DNA from: Ophelia neglecta
Lineage: Eukaryota
Length of the DNA: 64,000 nucleotides
Direction of reading: 5' to 3'
NCBI GenBank assembly: GCA_965285935.1
Contig: OZ260663.1
Span: forward strand, 5,704,001-5,768,000
The position numbers and the translations under genes were made by a program. Position 1 is the first letter of the stretch. Each line of letters begins with the position of its first letter. Below the pieces are notes generated by a model. That model had not been told where the DNA came from. It saw only the letters and a program-made list of their open reading frames with translations, and searched no databases. Of this stretch, positions 51,001 to 64,000 are shown one piece after another.

Positions 51001-53176
51001 GTCTCGGTCTTTTCCACTTACAGTATGGGGTCCTATGAACGTTAATATGAATACATAGTTACATTACTTCCTTGTTTGTGCCTTAAGCAAAGATGGCGGG
51101 GTTATATGTGGGCTGCCACCAGTGGGGGAAGATAGAGAAGGAAATGTATTTGCTTTCTTATAATAGCAGAAAGTCTTTTGTCAATGGTTAAACTTGCAAG
51201 CTTGTTTTTCTCCTACATCAGTTTTCTACGTACAAGTCAGTACCACAGAGCACTGCATTAGAATTCACACACTGCATAAGAAAGATTGATCGCGTCATTC
51301 AGCTTGTTCAGCCAAGTGTGTTTGGTACATGAATGGCAGGAATCTGAAGGTGCAATGTTACTAAACTTTTTTCAAATCAAGTGCTTATAAAACGGTAACA
51401 ACGTCGCATCAGAAAACCTGCAATTTAAATGGGACTTCATTTTAATATTAATTTCAGGCAAGTCGGTCTGCGATATGAGATTCACAGGATTTCAATTTCG
51501 ACCAAAACGATATCTATACCTTTAATAGGTGCATGATGTATATGCTCTGTACCAAGTTAAAAAAGTAATCTGCCTTACGATGTAGCTTAACTTCATTTAC
51601 CTGCATTAATCTCTCATATTTTCTACCAGAACACACTGCGGTGAAATAAAAGGCAGATCCTAGATAACAAGAAAGAAGACTGCCCCAGTGAGAAATGCTT
51701 TCCATACGTGGAAACAAAACCATGGAACGATCAATGCTAGAACGTTGAGTCAAGCCCCCCCCCCCCCCCCTCATCGCCTCCCCACTTTCATTCGCTAGTG
51801 TATTGATATATATATATATATATAAACATATAATGCACTGCTGCCTTCTCAGGTATCCCCACCGAATGAAGGTTTTTTTTTATCAATGTGCAATGTAGCA
51901 TTGCTATTATTTATTTGACGGGTAATTACTCACAAACAAAAATTTAGCGAGGATAAGGGCTTGCTCTGCATACTGCTGTAATGTAATTGACGTCGTGGGC
52001 CTTAAACATTAGCTGGTATGTATTATGAAGATTGCACTACAAAACTTGCAATATAACACACTGTTACATCAAAACACCTTTAATGTGTGCCAACCAACTG
52101 TGAAGCACGGATGCTCTTCAGGCGAGGGACTAATATGTTTACTGTTTTAGAAGATGGTCACCGTACCTCCAGTCCCACACCTCCATCCGCAGAACTCTGG
52201 ATGCTTGTCAATCAGTCATGGTCTTCTGGCTTTACAATCGGTTGAAGAAGTTAAAGTAAATCGCCTTATTGCGGAATAAAGTGTGCCACTCTGCCAGCGT
52301 GGTAGAACGATGCATAAAGCACGGACAACCTTTCTGAATGAAGAGACGCGTAGGACACTGGCTGATCAATAATTTGCTTTTTTTGTCTTGGCTTCTCACT
52401 TAGCCCACGTCTTTTCCTCTATCCCCTCGCTCTTCCAACACGCCCCATTGCCACTCGACGAAATCAGACACTCATGGAACTCTCGGTCGGTTAATATTGG
52501 CAGGGGCTTAATCGAGGGGGGGGGGGGGGAGGGCGGGGTGGTACCTGTGGAAAATGGAATCAACACCACCAATCACCAGGCAATAATGTTTTGGCATCGG
52601 AGAGCATTAATGCTGCTTCTGGTTGCGTTTATCTGGTCGCGATTCATTTCCTTAGGCCTATTGAGTTTTTGAAAGGGGGAGGGGCTAAACTGATATTATT
52701 ATGACAACTAACATTTTTAACCCCCCCCCCCCGCCCCCTCCCCCATTTATCATATATCCATATCCCTAGCCCCCTTCTAGGCTGCCGGATGTTATCATAA
52801 CTTCTATTTTCTATTTCAAGTTTTTCTCTTTCACCACCTCTCTATCCTTTGTGAATATTACAAATTCTAAGCCGCAATAGTGCGCGTTAAATATATTAGA
52901 AGTGATTAGTTCCTCATTGTAAATTTTCAAAATAACCAGGTCATATTGTATCCACTCTTATAAGGCAATAGCAAATAAGTCCATAAATCGGAAGCAGTAC
53001 AAAAAAAGGATAGTTCGTCTCGGAGAGCTGGTACGTATTGTCATATTATTTCAATCCTACTTCTGTTTAATCCTGGCTGATTCCCCGTGTGGAAAATCTG
53101 ACATGTTACACTGCTTGAACCCAGCAGATGGCAGCAAGGCGTAGATGATGTCCTCTGACAATTTTGTTTCCATGAC

Positions 53177-55305
53177 CACGGGGGGAAAGCGCGAACGTAA
53201 ATCCTGGAGTAAATCGAACCCGAAAGTAAAATTCGGAGGTTTGCGTGTCATGACCGGAGGGAAATAGGTAAACAACACGGCTTTAGCTGTCATAATTTCT
53301 CCCTTTGACAAATATCACAAATAATCATGACTTTCTTAATAGCTCTAAAGGTCGACATAGTAATTCAGGAATACAAAAAGCCTAAAACCGCGATGTAAAG
53401 TCGGCGGGATCATTGTTTATTTTTGAAAAAATGTCCAGCCGTTCGGCTCCATATGGCCCTACTTCCAAGTTCAACTAGCGAAAACCATAGTTAAGTGAAG
53501 GTATATATCGATAAAGATGATTCCAATGCTTAATGAACAATGTGTAGAATGTACCAGTGCCCGCTAATTACTTTTATTCAATGCTGAAAAGAAAGAAACA
53601 TGCCAATTTGTGCAGTTTTTCCTTTCGTGTGTGATACGCTGGAGGTTCGCGTGTCATGATTAGGAGGTCCTTGCTCTGGAATGCATTGGACCAGTTGATA
53701 TAGGGTAAGCCTAGTTCTTTATTGGCCTGATCAGTGATTTTAATTCACAGTTCAGTTCACAAATATTACCACCATGTTTGTATGTCCCCATTCATGTATC
53801 AGAATGATGGGACTTTCCTCATGAATTTATCGCATTCAAAATTATGTCCATCTTGCCGACATCTTCTTACATAGTAGGATAAACATTAGAATTGCACACT
53901 AAGGTTAATTTCTACATGCAAAAAAAAAGACTTTTGTGACGTGTATGTCTTAATCTAACAAGCTTTACAATTCATTCATCCAGGCAAAATGAAGCCGGTC
54001 TTGTATAAGTTCCCCACGTACAGATGTTGAGGCAATTGGGGACAACAGCAATGCCTATTCCTCCTCCAGCTTTGGTATTACAAGCACCCAAGAAACATAA
54101 GGTACCTTATAGGGAAGTGGTTTTCTCACAGAGTGAGAATCGGAGTGACAAATTTAACTGAAAGGATTTTTTACAGAAGACTTTACGTTCAGTGATGAAA
54201 ATCCGCGATCAAGACCCGTCTGCTTGCCGAGACCTGTGTTCTTTCATTGATTAGGTGAATCAAGACATATAGGCCTACCCATTAAAACATATTTGTTTTC
54301 AGTTACTTTTAGACACCATACAATGGTTCAAACAGCTATTAGTTTCCCAGTTACGTTTTAGAGATGGTTGCGTTCCTTTCCTAATGGTAGGATGGGTTCT
54401 TTTCGGCGGGCAATTCATTCAATTCCTGCAATAAACTAAATAGCCTAGTTATAGCTTGCTTTCAACTAGTATCATTTGTCTGATGAAACTTTTCATGTAT
54501 CAAAATGAAAGTGACTACTATGAGATAGAAGTTTTACTTTAATGTGTACCTGTTTTCCTTGTCGGCGAGCAATAGGATGAGGTCACCGTGGGCTTCCTGG
54601 GTTGAATCATCCAGTCCGTTCAGTGTTGCCTGATAATGAACACTGGATATATGCATTATATTTTCGAAATTAAAGATGAATTACATATAATGTACAACAT
54701 GTAGACCTAATTGAGGTCTAACCTAAGCAGAATGCGTATTGGGCGAGATGCCTATACTGGGTGAGTTGACCTGTACTACCATATCAACTGATTCAATGCA
54801 TTCTAGAGCATGGCCCTCCTAATCATGACACGCGAACCTCCAGCGCACCGCACACGAAAGGAAAAACTGCACAAATTGGCATGTTTCTTTATTTTCAGCA
54901 TTTAATAAGAGTAAGTAGCGGGCACTGGTACATTCTACACATTGTTTATTAAGCATTGGAATCATCTTTACAAATAGATACCTTCACTTAACTGTGGTTT
55001 TCGCTTGTTGAACTTGGAAGTAAGGCCTTATGGAGCCGAACGGCTGGACATTTTTTCAAAAATAAACAATGATCCCGCCGACTTTACATTGCGGTTTTAG
55101 GCTTTTTAGATTCCTGAATTACTATGTCGACCTTTAGAGCTATTAAGAAAGTTATAATTATTTGTGATATTTGTCAAAGGGAGAAATTATGACAGCTAAA
55201 GCCGTGTTGTTTACCTATTTCCCTCCGGTCATGACACGCGAACCTCCGAATTTTACTTTCGCGCTCGATTTACTCCAGGATTTACGTTCGCGCTTTTCCC
55301 CCGTG
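53177..55305. mobile_element. Non-autonomous DNA transposon with ~525-bp TIRs, CACGG...CCGTG ends and 5-bp TSD ATGAC (Transib-like)
   Basis: 53177-53701 is the near-perfect reverse complement of 54781-55305; atgac flanks both sides (53172-53176, 55306-55310); no transposase ORF inside. Confidence 0.85.
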
Positions 55306-55800
55306 ATGACTATCATCTTTTCAATGCAGTTTGAAATGGATTGATGGCAGATTGTGAACAAAGATAACAATAGTTTCAGAAAGGACCTGTTAATGGTGCA
55401 ATGTAGTTTGTACATTAGAGGTCTGTCCGGCAAAGGTATGTTAGGAACAGACGTTTGCGTCTCTGTGATTTACTCTGTTTCAGTCGGTGGTATTGGGATG
55501 CTTTAGGACTTCACAGTACAGTCGGCCTACTTGTTGGATGACGTAGAAATGCATTTTCCACGGAATAATTTTGTCAGATCAAATACGTAATAAAAACAAT
55601 GGTAATTTTAGAATTTAGCGTTATGTTTAATATTAACAATTCGAATGATCACCATTTTCAATTTACTTTACCCCAGGATTCATCTCCTGAGGCTCGACCA
55701 CCAACACGTATTCAAATGCTGAGAACACAATATTATCATGCAAAAACCTAAGTTGACAAGTTGAGAAATTTTGCAAACAGGAGAATAATATAACCATTAC

Positions 55801-55868
55801 CGTTGACAGTGCTTTTAAATGTATATTTTCAGCCACCCATCCACTGATGTTTGTACTGCCACTGACAT
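55801..55868 (-). pseudogene. Orphan, frameshifted leader exon (MSVAVQTSVDGWLKIYI*)
   Basis: 68 nt versus 70 nt in intact leaders; same gtaatg donor and flanking block. Confidence 0.65.
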
Positions 55869-57462
55869 ATTTCGATTCTTTTCGAATTAAGACATATTCC
55901 AAGAGATAGACAATGTACTAAGCATCAATGATCAAACATGCCTTCCTTCTTCGTTCCCCAATCAAAGATGGCCACCCTACATGTACTGATTCTTCTGCCA
56001 AAACTCGTGGCAAACACGTATGCCTTAAGTAATATTACTTGCAGTCTCGCGATTGTAGAGATGTGGCTTTCCTCAATATCAATTTACAGAAAACGATGCA
56101 CATTCGAGCGCCTCAGAGAAATATATTTAAATTTTCGAATGGGTATTCATTATAACTTTTTTACTGTAATAAATGGCACGCTGCCATTGTTGTTCACAAG
56201 ACAGACACATTTTGAAAAACCGCCATTTACATGTAAATATGTTTAAACTGGATTTATAAAAATGAAATTGTCAGAATACTGGACCACAAAAAGTCAAGAC
56301 CAATGAAGTATAGATGGTTCAAACTATTTATTTAACACTATTGATATTGCACATTTCTTCAACCAAAATACATAAACACATAACAAATAAATGACCTACA
56401 TATCATAATACAATAAAGGGTGACCTTACAAGTGTTCAAGAGTTATTTAAGGTGTTGCCAAAGGATCCAAATTGGTACGGTGTCTTCGGCCTTGTTATGT
56501 CATTAAAGTTTTCAAGTCCTTATTCACACTTCATATTTTGCCGGTTTACTGGGGAAATTCAATGCGACTTTTCCTATCACCAGACCCTATTGGGAAAACA
56601 GAGCTAGGAAAACGGTTGGAGAGCAGCCATGTTTCACTAACAGCTACAGTCATGATTTTACACAGTCAGATACCGAACCTGGCTGGTCCATCCACTTCAA
56701 CTGCCTGGTTACTCCTTGCCACAAATCTCAGTAACACTTGGCGAATATCTGTGTATTACCGTCGGTCATTTTCACATAGCCTGGTCCTTATCAAACAACC
56801 GAGCAACCTTGTCCAACCAAGCTTGGAACCGTCTCACTGACACTGTCTTTGCCCCTGACTTATAATGAAAGTTGAACATTTCATTAACTTTGCCTCACAG
56901 AGATTCTTATCTAACTTGCCTAATAAAGCATCTTTTACGGACATCTCCCATCAAACATGCCTATGTCACGGAGAGCACCCTTTTGCATTTGAGGCCACCA
57001 GATCAAGATCGACGATAGAGTATGCTTTCCGAGGCATTCCTTAATTTAACTTCAGGTTGGATTTCTAAGGCACATAAAACTAACTGAACTAGATACTGTG
57101 GTGACGAGGACGGCGAACCAACAGGGTCTAATTATATAACTTGGTGCTTTGTTCTCCTTTATTTAGCTCGACCTGTTAGCCCTCGGGATTTACCAATTAC
57201 GTCTCTTGCCTTTACTTGACATTTATGATATAACAGGTAAAGTCCCCATATGATTTGAAAAACTCAAAACAAGTTCTAGATAAAACAGTACAACAGGCAA
57301 TAACATCTAAATTTTATTTGACGAATTTGTGCACAACTATGTTTGATAAATGGACAGCTAAACTTATTATTACACAACGCTGGCAATTTATTTACACCAA
57401 GATCAATTAATATCTAAAAGATAGATAACTGCTCTCTTACTTAAGATGTACAAATGCATTAG

Positions 57463-60400
57463 TCATATTTCTTCATATTCACCGCCATTACCGTGCGGTC
57501 TCAGGCCTTCATAGGGATTGACCTTGTTGAAGTTTTCTGGAAAAGTTGCCTTAGAACTCGGTTATTTGTGATACTATCAATTTATTTTGAACCAGTTACA
57601 TTCACAATCAAATGCCATCTTACAGCAATTTCTTTCTCGGAAATATATATAAGGGCTACAAATACTATCGAGAGTTTTGATTTAAACTGACACTACTTTT
57701 ATGTATGTAATAGGCCTACCTTCTGTCAGTGGGCTTGACTGATAAAGCACACATACATAGATTTTTATATCAATATATAAAATAAATTAATGATAAATAC
57801 ACACTATTATTTCGTTAAACTGCTCAGTATTGCTAAACTTACCGTACTCTCTCGCTGATGGTCTTCTTGGTTCATAGGGGTGAGAAACACATGGCAAGGG
57901 CCCGTCGTGTCTATTGATATTAGGCACAATTTGCGCCGGCTTGTCGTCCGTTTTATTGGAGTTTGTCTCTAGATCGTCAAGGGGCAAGTCGGTTTGACCT
58001 TTGACCCTTAATAGTGCTTGTGTTCTGCCCATACGCCTCCTACAATCGAAAGTTCAAATTGTCATAAGTCCAAACTTCGCTCAAAATATTAAAGAATTAG
58101 CCTGCCGGTTAAAGTACGTACATCAATTACAGGGAAATAAAATTAAATGCAGAAATATATTTATATATAAATAATGTTTTAACCCGATAAAGAAGGCAGC
58201 GACGACCGCGATACATAGTATCACCACTACAGCCACCGCCCCAGCTATCAGGCCGGCCGAGGTAGGGATCACTGTACAGACGCAGTTCGTGCTTGTGATG
58301 GCAGTGATTGTGGATGTCGGAGTGGTAGCTGTCGTTGATGTCCAAGCCCGAGGTGACCCGCTTGATTCTGAGAGTTGGCACAATTGATTAATTAGAATTG
58401 TTAGATTCTGCTTTTATACCTAAAAAAAATACAATACTCTGAACTCTGATTGGTTCATTGAAAATCATACTTATAAAAAAATGACCCAATTATTTAATGT
58501 CAAAACATCAGCAGTCATAATTATTAGGAAGCACATGATTTACTATGCGTTAACAAACATTTATATGACGGTTTGGCATCGCTCTGTTATACCTAAGGTA
58601 GTGGCACTCATTGGATGGTCCTTCCCTGTGTATGACGATGGTCCCAAATACACAGTTCCGTTTTCCAGTTTTCTATAAGCTGTCAAATTAAACAAGTAAT
58701 ACGTGTTTGGTTGTAGGCCGCTTACAGTCCCCTCCTGCCAGGCACTCTGTCTGTAAGATACGTCTACTCCCACTGTCCACGCTGTGTTACTAGTCTGGCG
58801 GTAGTATATACGATACCCCACGTATCTGACAGCCTGTTCCGGGACAATAAGCCCTTCCTTCCACCGCCATGTTACAGACTGGGACGTGATATTGGCGGGG
58901 GTTTCATCAACAACGTCACTTCCTCCGAATTGCATTATTGCTATAAGGACAAATTTAACGTAAGTACAATATTATAACTTAAATTTGTCGATGGTAGGAG
59001 TACGTCCATGTTCCCATAACTGGAAGCGGACACAATTCCCGGAAACACCTTCGAAAAGAGGTGACTCTCTCTATTAAAAGAAATCAATACACAAAATGAT
59101 AATTCATATTCCGACCCAAATATGTCGGGCTGATCCTTTTGAATATCACATCTTCAGCAAGAGCTTCTTTAATTATATACCAGTTATATATAACAGTTGC
59201 ATTCATTATCAGCGTAGTTTACACTCACGTAGTTTCACATCACATCTCTCTCCAATCCACCACTCCTCTATAATGTTATAAGAACAGCCCTCAGTACATA
59301 CACCTGTATCTTTATGACAAGCCTTGTTCTTGCAGTGAGGATTGCAACAGTTTTCTCCCACAAGACCCACGGAGCAACCTGAAACTAACAACAGGCAATT
59401 GTGAACATAGAACATATTGTTTATAGAAGTTAGCGAAAATGTATGTCGAAACTATTAAAGAATTATACTATGACTGGCCAAGAAAATAGTGCACTAACCA
59501 GATGTGTGTGTCTTTGCCGTGAGGACTGGATGACCCGATTGTTTGTATGACGTATGTCCGAAGTGTAATACGCCGTCCGTAGACTTCCTGTACACCTTTA
59601 TGTCAAACTCGTATTCAGTATTTGGCTGTAACTGGCTGACAGTCCCCTCCTGCCATTCTCTCTCTCGGTATAAGACGTCCACACCTATTGCCCACTTAGT
59701 GTCACTCGCTTGTCTATAGATTACACGGTAACCCACATAGGTAACGGCCTCCTTTCGGAGGCTAGCACCCTCCTTCCACTGCCATACAACCGACTGGGAC
59801 GTGATTCTGACTGGTTTTCGATCTACCAAATCACTGGATCCGAACTGCATATTTGCTACGATACATAATGCGAAATGTAGAGATCAATCTCACGGAAATG
59901 ACTTTAATATAAAGTTGCATGTGGGGAAGAGGACACGATTTTGGGTATATGCTGTAGTGTTTGTCCTTTCCCACACCACTCTCAAAGCCAGACACACACA
60001 TTTCGATTGTACATATTATATACAAAATAAACAGATTTGAGCAGCCACAGTTATTCAGAAGTGACTGTTTCGTGATTACACCAGGTGGTTTTATGTAAGC
60101 CATTCTGTGTATATCTTTTACAAATCCACACATGACGCTGCTTAGATTGCTCTCTGTGACCGCACCAAGTTAATACCAGTATGGCATTCTTTTTAAGGCT
60201 AGTGCAAACATATACAACTAATAAATAACCCTCTAACTCTCCATGACCTATGGATGAACACGTAGATAAATTCAGAACGATAACATATTGACATTATTTG
60301 ACATAGACATATCCAAATATATAGATTCGAAAGACCCATACACGTCCTAATCAACGAACAATTAAGGGAACACCACGATGTAAAACATTCAAATGAATTC

Positions 60401-62544
60401 CTAATAGACAGATTATCGAGTCACATCGAACAAATACAGACACGTACACAGAGTCATTTGGGATTGCTCATACAATTTCTTATTTGACGTTGGTAAATTA
60501 TAATTATAGTTGAAACTCCAATATTTGGAGTTTTTTGACCACTTACGTATTCGTACATGACATTTGACCCCCACCCACCATTCATCGTTCACGTTATATG
60601 AGCAACCCTCGGCACATATTCCTGTTTCCTTGTTACAGACTAGGTTCTTACAATGAGGGCTGCAACAGTTCTCTCCAACCAGTCCTACGTCACATCCTAC
60701 AACTTAACAAGATACCGGTAACCATATAATAGGTGTTGTACATTAGATGATTTGAACAAGAGTCGAAAATTTGAAGGAAATAATAATATTTGACTGAAAT
60801 ACAAATGTAGCTACAGGAAACGTTGGTCTTCGCTGTAAGGGCCGGATGACCTGAGTCTATATAAGAAGTGGCTCCAAGGTGTTTTTCTCCATTACTTGAT
60901 CGCCTATAGACTTATATGTCAAAGTCGTATTCTTTATACTGTTGTAACTGACTGACAGTTCCTTCCTGCCATTCTGTCTGTCTGTATGGCACGTCCACTC
61001 CCTGTTTCCAGTCGGTGGTACCAGATCGTCTGTAGTATATACGGTAACCCACATAGGGCGTGGCCTCCTCCGAAACGTTTAGCCCTTCCTTCCACCGCCA
61101 TGACACCGACAGGGCCGTGATTGCGGCTGGAGATCGATCTACCTCGTCACTGAATCCGAACTGCATTTTTGCTATGAAGAATAAGTTTCGTATTAAATTT
61201 GCTGCTACTTCTTAAAACTAGAAAGAACTATAACTTGGCTACAACTTAGGAGAAAACTGGCGTTGGAAACCCCACCCTTATTGGAACCCTATCCCCTCAA
61301 TTACACACGTTATTAATATATAAATATATACACACGTAAAAACACACGTATCTAAGGGAGTGTTTGTGCCCACCTCACCCGAATCAGCGGAATCTTGACT
61401 CCTCGGACTTCTCCGACAATTCGAGGAAAATATGATTTAATGTATAATAATTTCAGACTTCATGTAATGGGGAAGCAATAATAAAGCTAAATTGCATAAA
61501 TTATGGCTTTTTTTACCAACATATCTCTTTAATTTTTGAAGCATTACATGAGGAAAGTGTTTCGCATTTTCTGCAAACAATATTTATCAATGCGACGGCA
61601 AATGTTAGAGGGACTCAATAAACCATATTTCAGGGAGGGGGGGAGGTAACCTGATAAGTACACATTCAGTACGGGAACAATGGTGTCCAACCAGTTTGTA
61701 AGAACAGCGATGGAGAAGTGTCGGGGGTGACAGTCTAAGACGCCCAAGAATAGCAGAATTTTGTATTTCCTGGGACTTTCTGTTTTTGTAACAAATTTAC
61801 GTCCTCCAGTGAACATTTGACAGGCGTCAAGCAGTTTTTAGGGAGGCGGTGTAGGGGTGGGGGCTGAGGGTGGATGTGGTATGGGGTGGGAAGGAGTAGC
61901 TGTCCGTAAAAAGAACTTCCATGTTATTCCATTTGTCAATTTTATTTATTTCTTTGGCCTTGACTCTAGGATCTATGCACATAGTGGTGCTTTACTGCTT
62001 TTCGAAATTACCTGTTAAAAACAAGCTAGCCGCCAAATAAAACATGCTAGAATCTATGAAAACTGAGACTAATGGAATTTGGGCTATTCGATTGAGCCTC
62101 CTGCATGAGTTTAAACATAAAAACAGCGGTATCATAAAATAAGCTCCCATATGACTTAATTAAGATCATCGTAGATGAAGTTGTGAATATGGAAATGCAA
62201 GTCTGTAATGACTAATAAACGTGCAGACGGCGTACAAAAATACCTATACTACTTCTAAATAAGCCTGTGAATAACTTTTTTGCATTGAGTGTGGCATTGC
62301 ATCATAAACCTTTCAGGGAACTCGTATATATACAGCTTACACACTTATCCAGTGGTATATTAGAATATAGATGGTATAAATTCTGAGATTTACGTATTCT
62401 TACATAACATTTATCCCCAATCCACCAATCCTCTTTGACGTCATAATCCCACCCCCTCGGTACAAGCTCTGGTCTCCTTCTTACAGGCATGGTTCCGACA
62501 GTATGGACTACAACAGTTGTCCCCCACCAGACCTGAGTCACATC
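57463..62544 (-). pseudogene. Gene D: probable pseudogene paralog of C, 5' end outside the window
   Basis: Exons 62544-62394 (151 nt, +1 frameshift), 61171-60815 (TAA at 60914-60912), 60702-60547, 59855-59499, 59378-59229, 58940-58593, 58367-58184, 58039-57843, 57536-57463. Confidence 0.75.
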
Positions 62545-63399
62545 CTGAAATTATCCACAAAGCCTGGCTACATTCAAACATAGGCCTACCGTTCATATGA
62601 GTTGGAACAATTTAAGTTGTTAAAGTCAATTACTTTTCGCCAAAAGGGGTCTTAGCTAGGGCAAAAGACCAACCTATGGTGAGGGAATTCTGACAAAAAG
62701 CGTGACTTTTGTTTGGGAAATGTGACATAAAGCAGAACTAGGTAGGAAAGGTATTTACAAAGCAACCAAAGTTCATATTAGCCCTGCCCAAAACACAGCG
62801 ATTTATATAGAAATAAAAACAAATAGTGATTCTTCAGGCATTATTAGTCTGAAAATGTTTCTCTTAGAGTGAGTAGTCAAATTGGTGTTTTAATAAGCAA
62901 CACTAACCTTGAGCACATCTTCGTATATAGGGTTTAGTTGTAACATGCATACTTCGACAGTGAAAATGTAACAAGTACTTATTCGAATGCGTGACTTAGC
63001 TGAACTGATTTTATCGGACAGCCTAACAATAACAAGGGGTTAAGAAATGTTGGGGCCCTGCTGCGATGTCCTGACTTATCACCAGACCGACATCAAACTC
63101 CTATACTCAGGAAAAGCCTATTTCTTGTAGGAAAAAATCTAGTGGATCCACTCTCCAACGAGGCATAAGTATCAATGTTATGGTCACCACCTCTGACTCT
63201 GAATGGCTGGAAGTGCAACTGTCTACCCCGGTGCCAGTGACATTGCATAACGTCCATGGCTTGACTATATATCCTTAGTATACGTTTCTATTGTCACAAG
63301 TCAAGATTCTTTTGGGGAAGGTGGAAGGCAACTGTCTACTACAACATTATCGATAATGTTCTAGAAGATTATTGATAATGTTGTAGTAGACGGTTGTCT

Positions 63400-63486
63400 A
63401 GTCACTGTCTGGCTTGACCGTCTGGCACAATCTGTGACTGCCTGACTGCATAGTCTGGCACAATCTGTGACTGCCTGACTGCATAC
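63400..63486. repeat. 33-bp tandem repeat (2 copies plus a partial)
   Basis: tctggcacaatctgtgactgcctgactgcata(g/c) at 63421 and 63454. Confidence 0.8.
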
Positions 63487-64000
63487 CTGTGAATATGTAT
63501 AGCACAATTCCTCCACCGGGAGTTGACTTAATTCTAATGAAGTTTCTTCGTCAAACAAATTGTTTTCAATGTTGCTAAAAAATTGGCTAAACACTAAATC
63601 TGAGAGACCAGTATTCTTCATATTGCTGTCATAAATTTCAACTGTATAGCCTATGGATATTGGGCCATGAGGCAAACCAAGTGAGGGCTAGCTAACCTAG
63701 TACATGCAGGTAAATCTATCAGGTGATTTGTGTTAATTAAATTCATGGCCAGGGCCCCGCCTGTTTGAAGCTGGACCATATCAAGCATACCTAGCCTTAC
63801 TTGTGGGCACAGGTTCACTGCATAATTAATTTTGTACATCAAATCACTAGGCATGTATATCAGTCCATTTATTGACAGACGAGTGTCCAGCGAATGACCA
63901 CCTAGGGGCGGAGCAGACAGTGTCTGCAGCACAGTCTAGGATTTTGGTCACATTGGCCAACTGTCTGGTTTATAATTATTCCAACAAAATCTATTTAAAC

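Noticed and set aside
53177-53215. RSS-like signals implying somatic rearrangement of the receptors
   Set aside because: The terminus is CACGGGG rather than CACAGTG, no nonamer was seen, and the element lies between genes rather than flanking coding segments

Overview
AT-rich, intron-containing animal DNA, probably a marine invertebrate; the species cannot be determined from the sequence. The window holds a head-to-tail array of four paralogous minus-strand genes (here A, B, C, D) for type I membrane receptors. The architecture, built by hand from GT-AG splice sites, is: signal peptide - F-type-lectin/F5-8C-like domain - 4 or 5 x [8-Cys EGF-like + fibronectin type III] - Ser/Thr stalk - TM - non-catalytic tail of ~90 aa ending in an ITAM-type motif (YEGL-x8-YEEI-stop; YEGM in A). 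A (19622..1865, ~1148 aa) and C (49566..39610, ~991 aa) look intact. B (34705..24322, ~1013 aa) is open but lacks the lectin domain and is an A/C-D chimera. D (5' end beyond 64000, 3' end 57463) has a frameshift and a nonsense codon. Every ectodomain module is a symmetric phase 1-1 exon, and extra or dead leader exons lie upstream of C. Introns and spacers carry decayed CR1/L2- and RTE-like LINEs, a MITE fragment, a minisatellite, and a 2.1-kb non-autonomous DNA transposon with ~525-bp TIRs, CAC...GTG ends and a 5-bp TSD. The pattern resembles a fast-evolving invertebrate immune or recognition receptor cluster; that function is inferred, not shown.
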